Positions 49,080 through 60,672 are shown, counted from the stretch's first letter. The stretch is DNA of 64,000 bases from Marsupella aquatica (GCA_973895155.1 OZ316891.1:14787037-14851036); one strand, 5' to 3'. A program made the numbers and translations. The notes: generated by a model from the letters alone, not told the origin.

Positions 49080-52000
49080 TTTCCATACAGCTAGACAGAA
49101 AGAAGGGAAACACAAACCACTGTCCGTCTGTCTCGTTTGTTTGCTGTGCAGAACAGCGTCTCAAGGTCTTGTCCCGTCGAGAGAGCAAAGAGGGAACAAA
49201 CCAATGTCACAGCGGAAGTGGATTTTACTTCAGTGCCTCCTGTTTGTCGACGACGACGTCCATCGAGCGGAATGGCATGTCATGGTTGATGGACTCGTCT
49301 GTAGACTTGCGGCGAAGGATGGACTGTTGAGAGAGCGATGAGGTGACTGTTCTGCCTGCCCAGCGAAGGAGAATTATCGTTTTTCGGGGCCCGATTGGAA
49401 GAAAGGATGAGCTTGTGTGCGTCGAGTTATCTTTTCGCGGATCAACAGAGGTAGGGAGAGGGACGAGGACGGTGAAGGAGAAGAAGGGTGTAATTCAGAA
49501 GCTACTACTATCACGCTTCCGCTGGAGAGAGATGTCTACGGTGAACGAACGGAGGTTTGATGTGAACCCTACCGAGTGAAGTCTTGCCCGATCGGATCGC
49601 TCTTCGCGCGGGAGAAAGAGGGGGAGATCTCGTGACGGAAGGTACAGCGGAGCAGTTGGAACCAAGAGGACTTCATTAGAAGAAAGTGAGCAGTGGCGGA
49701 ATGTGTGAGGCTAAGGTCTTTGACGGACAGACAAAGGTCTGGTAAAGTGCTCTCTCGTTCGTTTCAAGAGGTTAAGATTGCATCCACATTAGCCGGCAAC
49801 GAGGGGTTGGTGAAAATCGGCATTTGTGGCTGGAGTAGTGCTAGTTGGTACGCTGGCAACACGATTGAGTGTTCTCCATCTTCCGGGCCAACTGCAATTG
49901 GGCGAGCTCGACACAAAGAAGGCAGGCAGGACAATCTCGACCGCAAAAACTCAAAGTGTGCTGGAGATGAGCTCCGTTGGTGCTCGGCAGCAGTGTGTGA
50001 AAGGTTCATGTTAGTTTGAGAGATTGTGTTTCAGACAGTTGATTCCCGAGCTCTGGAGTGAACGTTGGACGCATTTGGGTTTGGTTTCCTACCTTGACAG
50101 TGTACTTTTTCTAAGGACATTGAGGTCAAGATCCGGTGTGGGCGGGCGGCAACATTTGAAGAGCAATTGTATCGAACTTTTAGAAATTTCGAAATGGCGG
50201 ATGAAAGGTACAATATGAGGAATCCTGCAGTGAAGCGGATTATGCAGGAGGTCCGGGAGATGCAGAATAATTCCAGTGATGATTTCATGAGCCTACCAGT
50301 ACAAGATCATATCTTTGAATGGCAGTTTGCAGTTCGCGGTCCTGAAGATACAGAATTCGAGGGCGGAATCTACCACGGGCGCATTCAGTTGCCTCCAGAG
50401 TATCCGTTCAGGCCCCCTGCATTTATGCTGCTCACACCCAACGGGCGTTTTGAGACGCAGACGAAGATTTGTCTGAGCATTTCTCAACATCACCCTGAAC
50501 ACTGGCAGCCATCCTGGAGCGTACGCACTGCTTTAGTTGCTCTTATAGCGTTCATGCCCACCAAGCCTGATGGTGCAGTGGGGTCTCTAGACTACACCAA
50601 GGAAGAAAGGCGTGCTCTAGCTATAAAGTCTCGTTCTGCAGCCCCGAAATTTGGAAATTCCGAACGTCAACAGCTGATCGATGAGATTCACGAGTCTATG
50701 CTTAAGACAGCGCCCGCTGTTCCAAGTTTGTCGTCAGAACCAGCCCCATCCCCGCCGGCTGCTGCCTCAATTGACGAACCTAAGTCCTGCCAGGAGGAGT
50801 CCGCTACAGATATGGCAAGAGAATCAGAGATACTGCAGAACAATGCTCCTGAGCTTGGAGGCGATCCCGTTGAGAGAGACTCTTTAGTTGCGACGGGAGC
50901 CGCCGCTGTAGCCCAAGCACCTACACAAGAAGCGAGACCCCGGCTAGCAGCGGTTCAAAACACAGGATTCATTTCAAGACTACGACTAGCAGATGATTTG
51001 GGTTTGACGTTACTGGCAATTGGTTTGACAATAGCTATTATTGCGGTTTTGATCAAGAAGGCGCTGGCAATTTGGATGGTCCCTACTGGAATAGATTCGT
51101 AATTCAATCATAGCGTTGGTGATGAATGTCGTGAAAGCCAATGTTTTTTGCTCGCGGGCAAAAATATGCCTTTACCTGCGATCTGCAGAATTGATTTTTG
51201 TGGCAGCTCATGGCTTTCCTTTTTTGGGGCAAATTGTGGGAGCTCTTTGGTGACAGCAGTTGCAAAGTCTGTCGTCTGGACACCAGGCTGAGGCATGTCC
51301 TGTTAGGCTAGACTGAAAAGTAGGTGATTCAGACAGATGTCCAGCTTCACGAACTGTGGCATTGATGGATGTCTTTGTGAACAGGCATTCCGTGCGCAAA
51401 CTCTGCTGGACTCTGTGAGTTGTTTACTGAGATTGCATCTGGAACCCAAATAGTGGATTTTCAGCTTTGGTACACGACCTTGTTCTCCTTTGTTGGCTTG
51501 TGCATAGTTGTGTATAAGACGTCCTTAGAAGGCCCTGAGAATTCTTGGCCCTCTACCTTTAGATTAAAAGTTACCATTTATAGTGTCCATATATTAGCTC
51601 AAGTGGTACTAGTAACATAATTGGGAGATTTTTAAATCCTTTTATGTCAAACCGATCCCTGATCGCATTTTCCGCGAAGGTCAAATTCTAGACTCGTTGT
51701 GATTTAGCAAACATTATGAATGTAAGTGATATCCAAAAGGTCAAGGAAGATACGGGCAAGAAGTAGTCTTGACTATTATGGAACATTTAAAGGTGAAGGG
51801 CATTGTCCTGAAACGTTGAGAGGTTGGCAGAGCATGGAATGATGTGTTGGGCTGTTGTGCGATCGTATTTGATTTCCGGATCTTTGTGTTGCATCTATTT
51901 TCCCCATTTAATCTACGTGGTTAGTGGTCGGAATAACCCTACCCACACATGCAAGTTGATTGAATTATGGTCCGGGGGCATCATTTGACCTAATTCTTCC

Positions 52001-52685
52001 AGATTGGGCTAGTCTTATTCTCGTTCTGCAGTTACAAGGCTGTGTTGAAACTTAAAATATTCTGGACCAGCTGCCAGATTCAATCAAAGAGTTCTTTGCA
52101 AGGAAGTGCAGAGTGATTAATTGGAGGTGCACGAGCCACAAGAAGGGTTTCTGCCGTGTTTGAAGGCAGCCAATGCTTATTGAAAGACTCAACGCGTACA
52201 TCCTCTCAGTAGCCCTGGGAGAGGAAAGGAGAGGACGTTCGTCTTGAGGATTATTGAACAAATCATGTATCTGCGAGCAACATGTGTGTTCATCGTCTTA
52301 GGGCATGCAAGGAGACAAGTGGATTGACTCCACAAGGTCCAAGATGTAGATGGAAATTGGTTTTGATCCCAAGCTATTGAAATACCAGCATAACAATGAC
52401 TTTCCAAGCTCACCCTCAACTAGTAAAACGTGAGATTTTTAGCACTCGCAAAGTCAATCCATCTCTTGCTCCCATAGAGAAAGACACTGACGAACATCAA
52501 CTGATTCCTTAAGATGAATGGTTACTCATGAAGTGAGTCGTGCTGTCGAAGTTTCCACAAGCTATTTGCAACCCACAACTGAAATCAACGAGTATGCAAG
52601 AACAGCAGAACTAGCAGAACTCGAGACTGTGAGGTCTATTTCAATATCTATGCACGATTACTAAAACAAAGAATAATGAACGAAA
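49080..52685 (+). repeat. Right arm of the inverted segmental duplication (partner ~24950-28170)
   Basis: See left arm. Carries extra sequence at ~51811-51870 and ~51915-52315 that the left arm lacks. Confidence 0.93.
50194..51102 (+). CDS. UBC32: Tail-anchored ERAD ubiquitin-conjugating enzyme E2 (UBC32/UBE2J1-like), copy B, intronless, 302 aa
   Basis: Same motifs and length as copy A, with an intact ORF, catalytic Cys and TM anchor. Confidence 0.92.
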   Translation: MADERYNMRNPAVKRIMQEVREMQNNSSDDFMSLPVQDHIFEWQFAVRGPEDTEFEGGIYHGRIQLPPEYPFRPPAFMLLTPNGRFETQTKICLSISQHHPEHWQPSWSVRTALVALIAFMPTKPDGAVGSLDYTKEERRALAIKSRSAAPKFGNSERQQLIDEIHESMLKTAPAVPSLSSEPAPSPPAAASIDEPKSCQEESATDMARESEILQNNAPELGGDPVERDSLVATGAAAVAQAPTQEARPRLAAVQNTGFISRLRLADDLGLTLLAIGLTIAIIAVLIKKALAIWMVPTGIDS

Positions 52686-53074
52686 CATTTCCTATGCTCG
52701 TGTGTGGCTCTATCCATGCTCCCTTCTAGCCACGCTACGATGTGATTCCTATTTTGTAGTCTCTGATGATTTCGGTGCGAGCATCCTCTCTCCATTCTTC
52801 AACACATTTTATTTTTACCCCGTTTGGAAATTCTTTGCTTAGAGCTTGGACAGTTGGCCCCCACGCTATTTTTGCGCCGTTGCTCAACGTGACTCTCAGT
52901 CTTTCTATTGCTCTGCTCAAACACACTTCTGGTTTCATTGATTTCGAAACTCAGGCCCATAGGTGTAGCGTGGTGCCTAAGGCATTCTCAATTTCAACTG
53001 GCCATAACATGACATCCTCACGTCAGTTACAGACTTGTCTTAAAATGTAATGTTTAGGGGCTCGGTACTCATCT

Positions 53075-53245
53075 TTAGGTTATATGGTCTTACTTCCGAC
53101 CAACTTCCAAGATAATACTTGTAAAAATTGGACTGATTAGACTCGGCAGCAAGAATGCTTTAGATTATATGGTCTTCCTTCCGACCAACTTTCAAGGTAA
53201 TACTTGTAAAAAATTGGACTGATTAGACTAGGCAGCAAGAATGCA
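53075..53245. repeat. ~85-bp tandem duplication
   Basis: ttatatggtctt.cttccgaccaactt...ttggactgattagact.ggcagcaagaatgc occurs twice. Confidence 0.9.
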
Positions 53246-53719
53246 GATTATGGGAGCCACTCCAATAGTAAACAATAAAAAACAATAGAAAAAATATGAT
53301 GGAGATACAATGCTCAATTGCATAAGAGACTACACTAGCCCTGACTACTCCTCCTTTGAACATGAATAGCAGAGAGTAGAATAAAAATATTATCAAAATA
53401 TATTCTCTATCATATTCTTTGAAGGTTAATGAAATGAAAAAAAAACACATCATTTTAATAGTCATATATAATATACCATTCTCCTTTATGTGCACATCAG
53501 TCTTTTTGTATGCACATCCATCTTCTATGCACATATGTTGTGGTGGTGGGGCCATAATGCCCATAAGTTTTGAATGTAAAATACTTGCATGTACCAGTTG
53601 ACATACATCATAGTCATGTCATGAGTTTTTCCCATGCACATGATGACCATAGAGTTACGGTCTAGAGGCTTCACTCTAGACCTAGGCTCTTAAAAGTAGA
53701 CTTCAGTTGGCGTTTTTGT

Positions 53720-54110
53720 AGTAAGATGTGAAAAATGAAGAAGACAATGTTGCTACCTATACCCCGAAGAGCACTATGGTGTGTGAGTCCAAATGAATCC
53801 TCTCTCTCTAACTAGTCAAAGATGAGCACATATTCTTGTAAGGCCAAATAAACTGTAGCTAATCTTTGAGAGTCCAAGAGCAATCTCCACCTTGATTCAA
53901 GTTAAATCAAAATATGTAACTAGCTGATATATGTACATATAATCTCTGATTTGGCTCTAACATTCATAACATTCACATAATATACAAAGGCATAAGTACT
54001 ATGTGTAAATTTGGTAAATATGTGTCTTGGGTTCCGAAGCCACCTTCTCTAGAAACATCTAGTTTGTCTAAATTGTCTCACAAATGGAGTGATAATAAAT
54101 GTCAATGCGA
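53720..54110 (-). mobile_element. Degenerate copia remnant (3' LTR part, PPT, RNase H end) related to the 34189-44243 element
   Basis: caatctccaccttga (53881) matches 34484; gaagccaccttctc.agaaacatct (~54037) matches ~34655; LTR blocks acctatacccc and gtaaggccaaa are shared. Confidence 0.8.
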
Positions 54111-55721
54111 GTTGCTGTAGCTTAAAAAATAGAGTTTTGTGTAAGATTATACCTCTAATATAACCTATTTATTCACATGTTATTAGTGTTTCAGCAAACT
54201 AGAGTAGTACTTTGAATTCCAGATTCCCATAGAGCATGGGAGGGGGTATACCCAAGGGCACAAACTTGTGGTCACATTTGAAAATTCACCCTTTAGGGGG
54301 AGCAAGGAAAGGGTAAAAGGAGGAGCTCTAGCAAGTTGGCTAAGGCGGGTGTAATTATTTTGTATTACTAGATCTCCCTCACAACCGTGGACATAGTCCA
54401 CATGAGATGAATCATGTACTTTCAATGTTCTTGTCTATGGATGTTGTTTGAATGTGTTTGACAATGTCCCTTTTGGTCTACATTATTTTCCAGCATTCTT
54501 TGCCAAATGTAATTCATTATGAGTGTCACATGACAACATTGATCTTTCATGTGAAAGACAAGATTGCTGTGTCACCAATCTTTGTTGCAAGGTCAGCTCC
54601 TTAGTTACCTCACAAGTAGCCATGTAAAATGTTTTAAAATTAGGTTTATCGGTATATTTAGGAATATTCACAAAGTAGTTTTTTCTAAAAGGTTTTTTTT
54701 ACAAAGTAGGTTCTTGAAACCCCTAATGTTCTTTTGCACAAATTTACTAAGAAGTCTTCCATATAAAATAAGAAACCCTAAACCTATTTGGGTACAATGT
54801 TTCAGAAGAAAATAAGCAAGGACTACAGGACTTCCTTGCATCATAGAAGGCGTGGTCCTGCATTTAGCCAAGGTTCTGCGACGTCACAAACCCTCACTGG
54901 TTTACTTTGAGATGAATAGTAGTAATTCTTTAGCAGGAGTAAAAGGCATCTTTAGTTGTAATGACATTATCAGTTTAGGTGGAGAGACACATAAAGCCCA
55001 TTACTTTGTGATTCATCCCCTTCCCTGGTAGTGGCAACAGGGAGGAGGCAACAAATTCTGCTGACCTCCAAAAGCCTTTGATTGAACGAAGTGAAGGAAT
55101 AGTAGTGCTGGGATCCCAAAAGTTGCTCCTCTATCAAAGGGTAGGGTAATTACAATTTTTTCCAAATTTACAAAGAAGTAAGCAAAAGGGAAACAACTAA
55201 AACTATATATCTGTAGAGTATTCTTGTGACCAAAGAGCTCTTTGATCACATATCTGGTTGCTTCCTATATCCTGCCTCCTCATCAAGATCAGGGAGCATC
55301 TCGGACGGTTTGGTGGCCAAGCCTCCACCCAAATCTTAGAGATACAGGTATGTGTTACAGGAATTAAATTTCTTGACCTTCATCAAAATTCAACAACCCC
55401 ACCAAAAATCCCCCCAAAAGCTGGCAATCCATTCTCAAAATAGTGTTGTCATACTTTCAAATCGGTCTCAATAATGTCACTTCTACTGTCGAAACTGGCA
55501 GTTGGCAAAGTGGATTTTACCTTCAATCTCTAAACATTTGCCAGTGAGTGGTACTTGTACAGAAAGCAACAGACAAATTTTATGTAAATTTTGTTGTGTA
55601 GTGGATTTTAGAGGGTAAAACCTAAGCCTGCCCCGCCCCCCTTCCCCTCAAAAAAATTGAATAAAATTAAAATTAAATATTAAAAAAGGGGCCAAAGTGG
55701 AAATGTCTGGAGATTCTCAAA

Positions 55722-56075
55722 GGCTGGCAAAGGGGGTGAATGGAAAGTCACCCTGTCAAAGGGGGTGAATAACAAATTTTTCCTCATGCTGGCAAAGGGG
55801 GTGAATGGACAGTTACCCCAAGGCTGGCAAAAGGGGATAATGAAAAGTTACTCTGGAAAAGGGGGTGAATAAGAAATTCAACTTCAGGCTGGCAAAGGAG
55901 GTGAATTAGGGTTACCTCAGGCTGGCAAAAGGGGATAATGTAAAGTTACTCTGGCAAAGGGGGTGAATAAGAAATATAACTTCAGGCTGGCAAAGGAGGT
56001 GAATTAGGGTTACCTCAGCTTGGCAAAGGGGATGGATGGAAAGTTACCCTAAGGGCTGGTGAATGGAAAGTTACT
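55722..56075. repeat. G-rich tandem array of ~30-37-bp units
   Basis: ggctggcaaagggggtgaat...aagttac repeated ~10 times with a higher-order pattern. Confidence 0.9.
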
Positions 56076-56329
56076 GTAGGAAAAAATGTGTAAACGATCG
56101 TCCCGAGGGTTTTAGGGTTTTCGGACCCAGCCCAGCCCAGCCCAGCCCGCGCAGACGAGAGTTGGAAATGGCGGCACGAGCTCCACAAAAATCAGTGAGT
56201 AGTAGTAGAGGTCTTGAGACGCCCTAGTAGTAGAGGTGCTCCCGTGCAATAAACCCCTCTTTCCCACGAAAAACGGTCGCTCGAAGTTTCTTTGGCTCAC
56301 GCCTTTCGACACTGTGAAGTAGTGCAGCC

Positions 56330-56413
56330 CAGGGAAGGGAAGGGAAGCGCAGTGAAGGGAAGGGAAGCGCAGTGAAGGGAAGGGAAGCGAAGAAGAAGCG
56401 AAGAAGCGAAGAA
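56330..56413. repeat. Purine-rich microsatellite (GGGAA/GAAGC)
   Basis: agggaagggaagggaagcgcagtgaagggaagggaagcgcagtg... Confidence 0.85.
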
Positions 56414-57576
56414 GTCCCGTTCTGCACTCTGCCGCTATTTTGTCTCGTGCAGAATCCACAGTCATGCTGTCAGCACTTTTCGAATTCTCTCTACAGTGCC
56501 GTAGATTGCCGTAGATTAGGTGGGCAGTAGCATTGGTGGACATACCAAATCTTCCCGGTCTGTCGTCGCACGCCCGGGCGAGCTCCGGATCGCAACTGGA
56601 CCGTTGAGAGAGAGAGGTCTTTCAAGGCTCATCAAGCTCGTCCCTCGAGTCCCTCTCTCCGTACAGACCAGTAGACTGAGGAGTAGAGCTCAGGTATTAG
56701 CCTTCGTATAGGTATTGCAGCTGACAGGCGCTGTGGTCGCTGCGTTTGCGCAGAACTGAAGAATTCTCTACTCTTGTTGCCGCTCGTTCTCTCAAGAGGT
56801 GTTTGTTGCTGCCGTGTTTGTAGACGTCTAGAATTCGACTGGTTTACCCGTTGAGGTCCGGATAGGCGTGCTGTTCACTCTCTGCGCTACTATCGTATGT
56901 GAAGCGAGTTCGACTTTTAGCTAGCTCCTCAGCTTGGGTGTCCGTGTTCTTTGTGGTTTAACCGTACGCGTCTACGAAGGGTTTGGTCTCTGCTCGGCTC
57001 GGCTGGGCAGCATGCAAGCAAGCTGAGCTTGACTTACTGACAGTCACGGACCGACACAGTCTTCTTTTCGGCGTACTTCTGTAAGGAAAGTCTCGGTTCT
57101 GCTTGGCTTGGCTTCATCATCGTGCGTTCCGTTTCTGCACCAGATGCCAAGCCAGCTTGGCTGGGTGGGCGCGGAAGTTCTTTTTCGGACTGCAGTCTTC
57201 GAAAGGTTAGGCTTCCTCCTTGCCCCCCATGGGTTCTGTTCGTCTGCGTCATTGGCCCGTGGGTCCTCTCCTGTTGACGTGAACTTAATTCTAGTCGTAT
57301 TATGGTCAAGGGAGCTCTAGCAATTTGCTTCGTTTGAGTGGTAGATGTCACAAACGAGATAAGGGAGGGGGTGGGAGAGTGGACGAGATGGGAATTGAGG
57401 GGAAGCAACTTGCTCGTACGCCAGTTCTTGTTTATTTGCGTTGAGGCTCGAGGATAATGTAAGTTCTCTGGAAAAATGTGAGTGCGCGTGAGTTCTGATT
57501 TCCGTCCGTGGTACTTGTTATTCACGTAGCCTCGACGTATTTCCCCGGTTGAGTCGATCATCAGAATCGTGGAGCA

Positions 57577-58215
57577 ATGACACCAGACACTGTGTATATC
57601 GTGGCTCATCGCACGGAGCCTAACACCAGTGGCAGCATTGAGGACAAGGACGGAGAAACCTCTTATCTCACGGATGCGTTCACCAGCAAGAATCAAGCTT
57701 ACCGAGCTGCTATTAAGGAGCAGATTCGCTGGCTGAAAAAATGCCAGCCCGTTCTGGCGGAGGCCGCGACGCAGATCAATGAGCGGAAAGGTTTGTCTCT
57801 GGATTGTAGGTTGGACCGAATACAGGATAAATTTGACGAGATCGATGAGTCGCAGCCTACCATCCAAAGGTGGGACGTCAAGGAGTTTCGTTTGTCAGGA
57901 GATTCGGACCATTCAAGTGACGAGGAGGGAGCAGAAGATGAAGGGGGAGATGAGAACGAAGAAGATGGTCTAGACGAGGACGAAGTTGAAGGGGACGAAG
58001 GAGAAGAAGAAGAAGGGGAAGAAGAAGAGGAAGAGGAAGATGAGGAAGAAGGGGAAGAAGAAGAAGAGGAAGGGGACGAGGAGGAAGGTCCGGAAGAGGC
58101 AGAAGACGAAGATGACGACGACGACGAAGGAGAAGACCAGGATGAAACAGAAGACGACGAAGACGGAGAAGACGACAACGACGATGCACCTGCTTCGAAA
58201 AGGCCCAGAAACTGA
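57577..58215 (+). CDS. Unknown 212-aa protein: ~105-aa N-terminal domain, ~95-aa Asp/Glu tract, C-terminal basic motif
   Basis: Intact ATG-TGA ORF with a complex N-terminal half, an E/D tract of mixed GAA/GAG/GAC/GAT codons, and the end APASKRPRN (NLS-like). GC-rich upstream region with a candidate acceptor (catcag) just before the ATG. Confidence 0.7.
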   Translation: MTPDTVYIVAHRTEPNTSGSIEDKDGETSYLTDAFTSKNQAYRAAIKEQIRWLKKCQPVLAEAATQINERKGLSLDCRLDRIQDKFDEIDESQPTIQRWDVKEFRLSGDSDHSSDEEGAEDEGGDENEEDGLDEDEVEGDEGEEEEGEEEEEEEDEEEGEEEEEEGDEEEGPEEAEDEDDDDDEGEDQDETEDDEDGEDDNDDAPASKRPRN

Positions 58216-59942
58216 GCTCTTATTTATCAAGGATGTACCTGATCCTCGTTTTTGTACGGGGTTTTCCTGGCGCTGTAGTAAACTGCTACTGTTGATCCTC
58301 TTTATGTACGCAAATTGTGCGCCAGAGACCTTTTTGGTTGGTCAGAAGCTTGAGTGCAAAGATATGTGAGATGAGGAAATAGGGCTCCCAACCGTGGAAC
58401 TACTTCTTCTTTCTTCCCTCACCGACTCCTTCTGGTGCTTCAAAGTCAATCAACATGATCAAAGGACAGAGTGAGGTCCAGGACTCGTAACATTCTTCCG
58501 TGATTGAATGATAGATAGTACATAGAGACCGGGGATTCATTTAGCCTTCCGCTTCGGTCACTTTGTAGAGATAGAAGTTGTAGAGAAGAGATAGGGATCG
58601 CAAAGACAGGCTGACAACCTAGCCTTTGATGTGATAGAGAACTTCAGTTAAGAAGAGCGATGAATCCCGTTGCGGGTAAAACTAGAGTGGTCCACAGGCC
58701 ATGCCACCGTCCGAAAACGCCTCATGAAATTTCTGTATTGGGTTAAACTTCAGAATATTGGATGCACACTCATGGCGTTTTGGCGAGTAGTGTCGCACGT
58801 TCCTGTTCATTAGCAGTCTATATCTTCCATGGTATCTTTTCGGTTTTTAAAGTGCTCCCTGCGTACTCTGTTTTTCGAAGTCTAGTTTACATCTGTTTAT
58901 TTATTATGCGGAGGACGCTGTGGTTACATCTGGGGTTGGCTCGAGTCATGAGACTGACTGCTCGAGCCGAACTGGAGTCCAGAGTTTCCTCTGAACGATC
59001 GTAAATCATGGCCGCTCCAAACATGTTTACATCGGATTGACGATGTACTATGCATTGTTAGGAACGTTACAAAGAACCGCTTGTTCAAATCTAGCAGCTC
59101 ACAACGGAGACGACCCCCTCCTCCGTGGCATCAATCAACTTCTTCCGTAGTTTTGGCCTGAGAAGTAGACGTTGTGGGAGGAGCGCCTGGAGAGCTTCGG
59201 TTCGTCCCTCGGTTCTACTTTGAGGCCAAGCATCCACCATGGCTTGGGGGATGGCGTTTTATTTGTTTTACGTTTGGGCTTCGTTGCAGAAGCTTCCTCA
59301 TTATCACATCTCTCAGCCATCTTGTTTATCAGAAGATCGTCGAAGTCTTTACCTGGCATCGGCGCTGCGTTGTACCCACAGCGAATCACAACCTCATCCT
59401 TTCTTTTTAAGGTTCCCTCCTCAGCCGTCAACGTTCGTCGGAAAGCTGTCGTCAGCCAGAGCTCTCGTCACGGGCACATACTTGATGCATACAATGAAGT
59501 GATGTTTCCATTGAATTTTGAGGAGATTGACGGAACAGCACGGGCACATACTGGCATACGATGTGGTGGAATGGAGTGATGTTTTTCGCTGAAATGTAAG
59601 GAGATTGATGCGATACTTTGGTCCTAAGAACCCCACGGCAGGTACTCTTACGAGTCATGCTAGTATAGGCAACTGAAGCGTGTAGAACCCTACGTCTGCA
59701 CCCTAGGAGGGTAACAATCCATTAGACATAGTAGGGCCTGTTAAGTAGAGTAGGGCATGGTAACGTCAACAAGTCGCCTCTACAATTGTTTTCAGTTTGC
59801 CGTCTTCTTCAAGTAATTTCTGCACAAAGTAGGTTATCTGTATGCAACCTCCATTTTTGGAGATACCTGCTATTCCCTTAATCTGCTTCTGGTGACTGTA
59901 TGTTAAATCTAAGTCAAGTTAATGTTCCTGCCCACTCTCGTC

Positions 59943-60672
59943 GAGTTTGCCAAAACATAAACCAATATCATACCATTTGTTCATGTGTCGAGTTTGCCAA
60001 AACATAAATCAATATCATACCATTTGTTCATGTGCTTTGCCCTGATCAACTTTGTGTCATTGACTTTGGGTTTATGTTTTGGCACCAATCATTTTTGGTC
60101 GTCTCCTCCGACCTGATCAACTTTGTGTCATTGACTTCTTCCTTGTATATTTAAGGTTTTTGTTCTGGTAACACTTTTTCCATTGGAGTCATACTTGCTT
60201 TGTATTAGAGTCTAAGTGTTCAAACTGTACCTAATACTTTGGTTAAGAGTCATGATTGATGGAGTTTTGGTTTATGTTGTGTCAAATACTTATTCTTTAT
60301 GGAGTTGTGATTATGTTTTGATAACACGTCTTTCAAGTCATGTTTTATGTTCTGATAACATTTCTTTCCAATGGAGTCATGTGTATTTTGTAATAGAGTG
60401 TAAGTATTCAAGGGGAGCCTTATACTTTGGTTGAGAGTCATGATTGATAGGGCCTTGGTTTATGTTGTGCAAAATACTTATTCTCTATGGAGTTGTGTTG
60501 TATGTTTTGGCAACACTTCTTTGCAAAAGTTGATGGTGCAAAGTCAATTGGACTGGAGTGGGTGACAAAAAGTGATTGGTGCCAAAATAGAAACCCCAAG
60601 TCAATGGCATAAAGTTGATCGGGTGGAACGGGTGACAAAATGGTATAGAATTGGTTATGTTTTGGCAAACTC
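59943..60672. mobile_element. Putative fold-back/MITE-like element with long imperfect inverted repeats
   Basis: gagtttgccaaaacata..caat...accattt...gatcaacttt.tg.cattgactt.ggg..ttttggcaccaatca.ttttg (59990-60100) is mirrored at ~60560-60672. A 47-bp duplication at the left end and an internal direct duplication. Confidence 0.7.

Noticed and set aside
57034-58369. Ser-rich, Leu/Pro-rich, Phe-rich and Lys-rich ORFs and a 277-aa antisense ORF overlapping the acidic gene
   Set aside because: Alternative frames of the purine-rich acidic tract or antisense shadows; 57577-58215 is the most coherent ATG-initiated frame.
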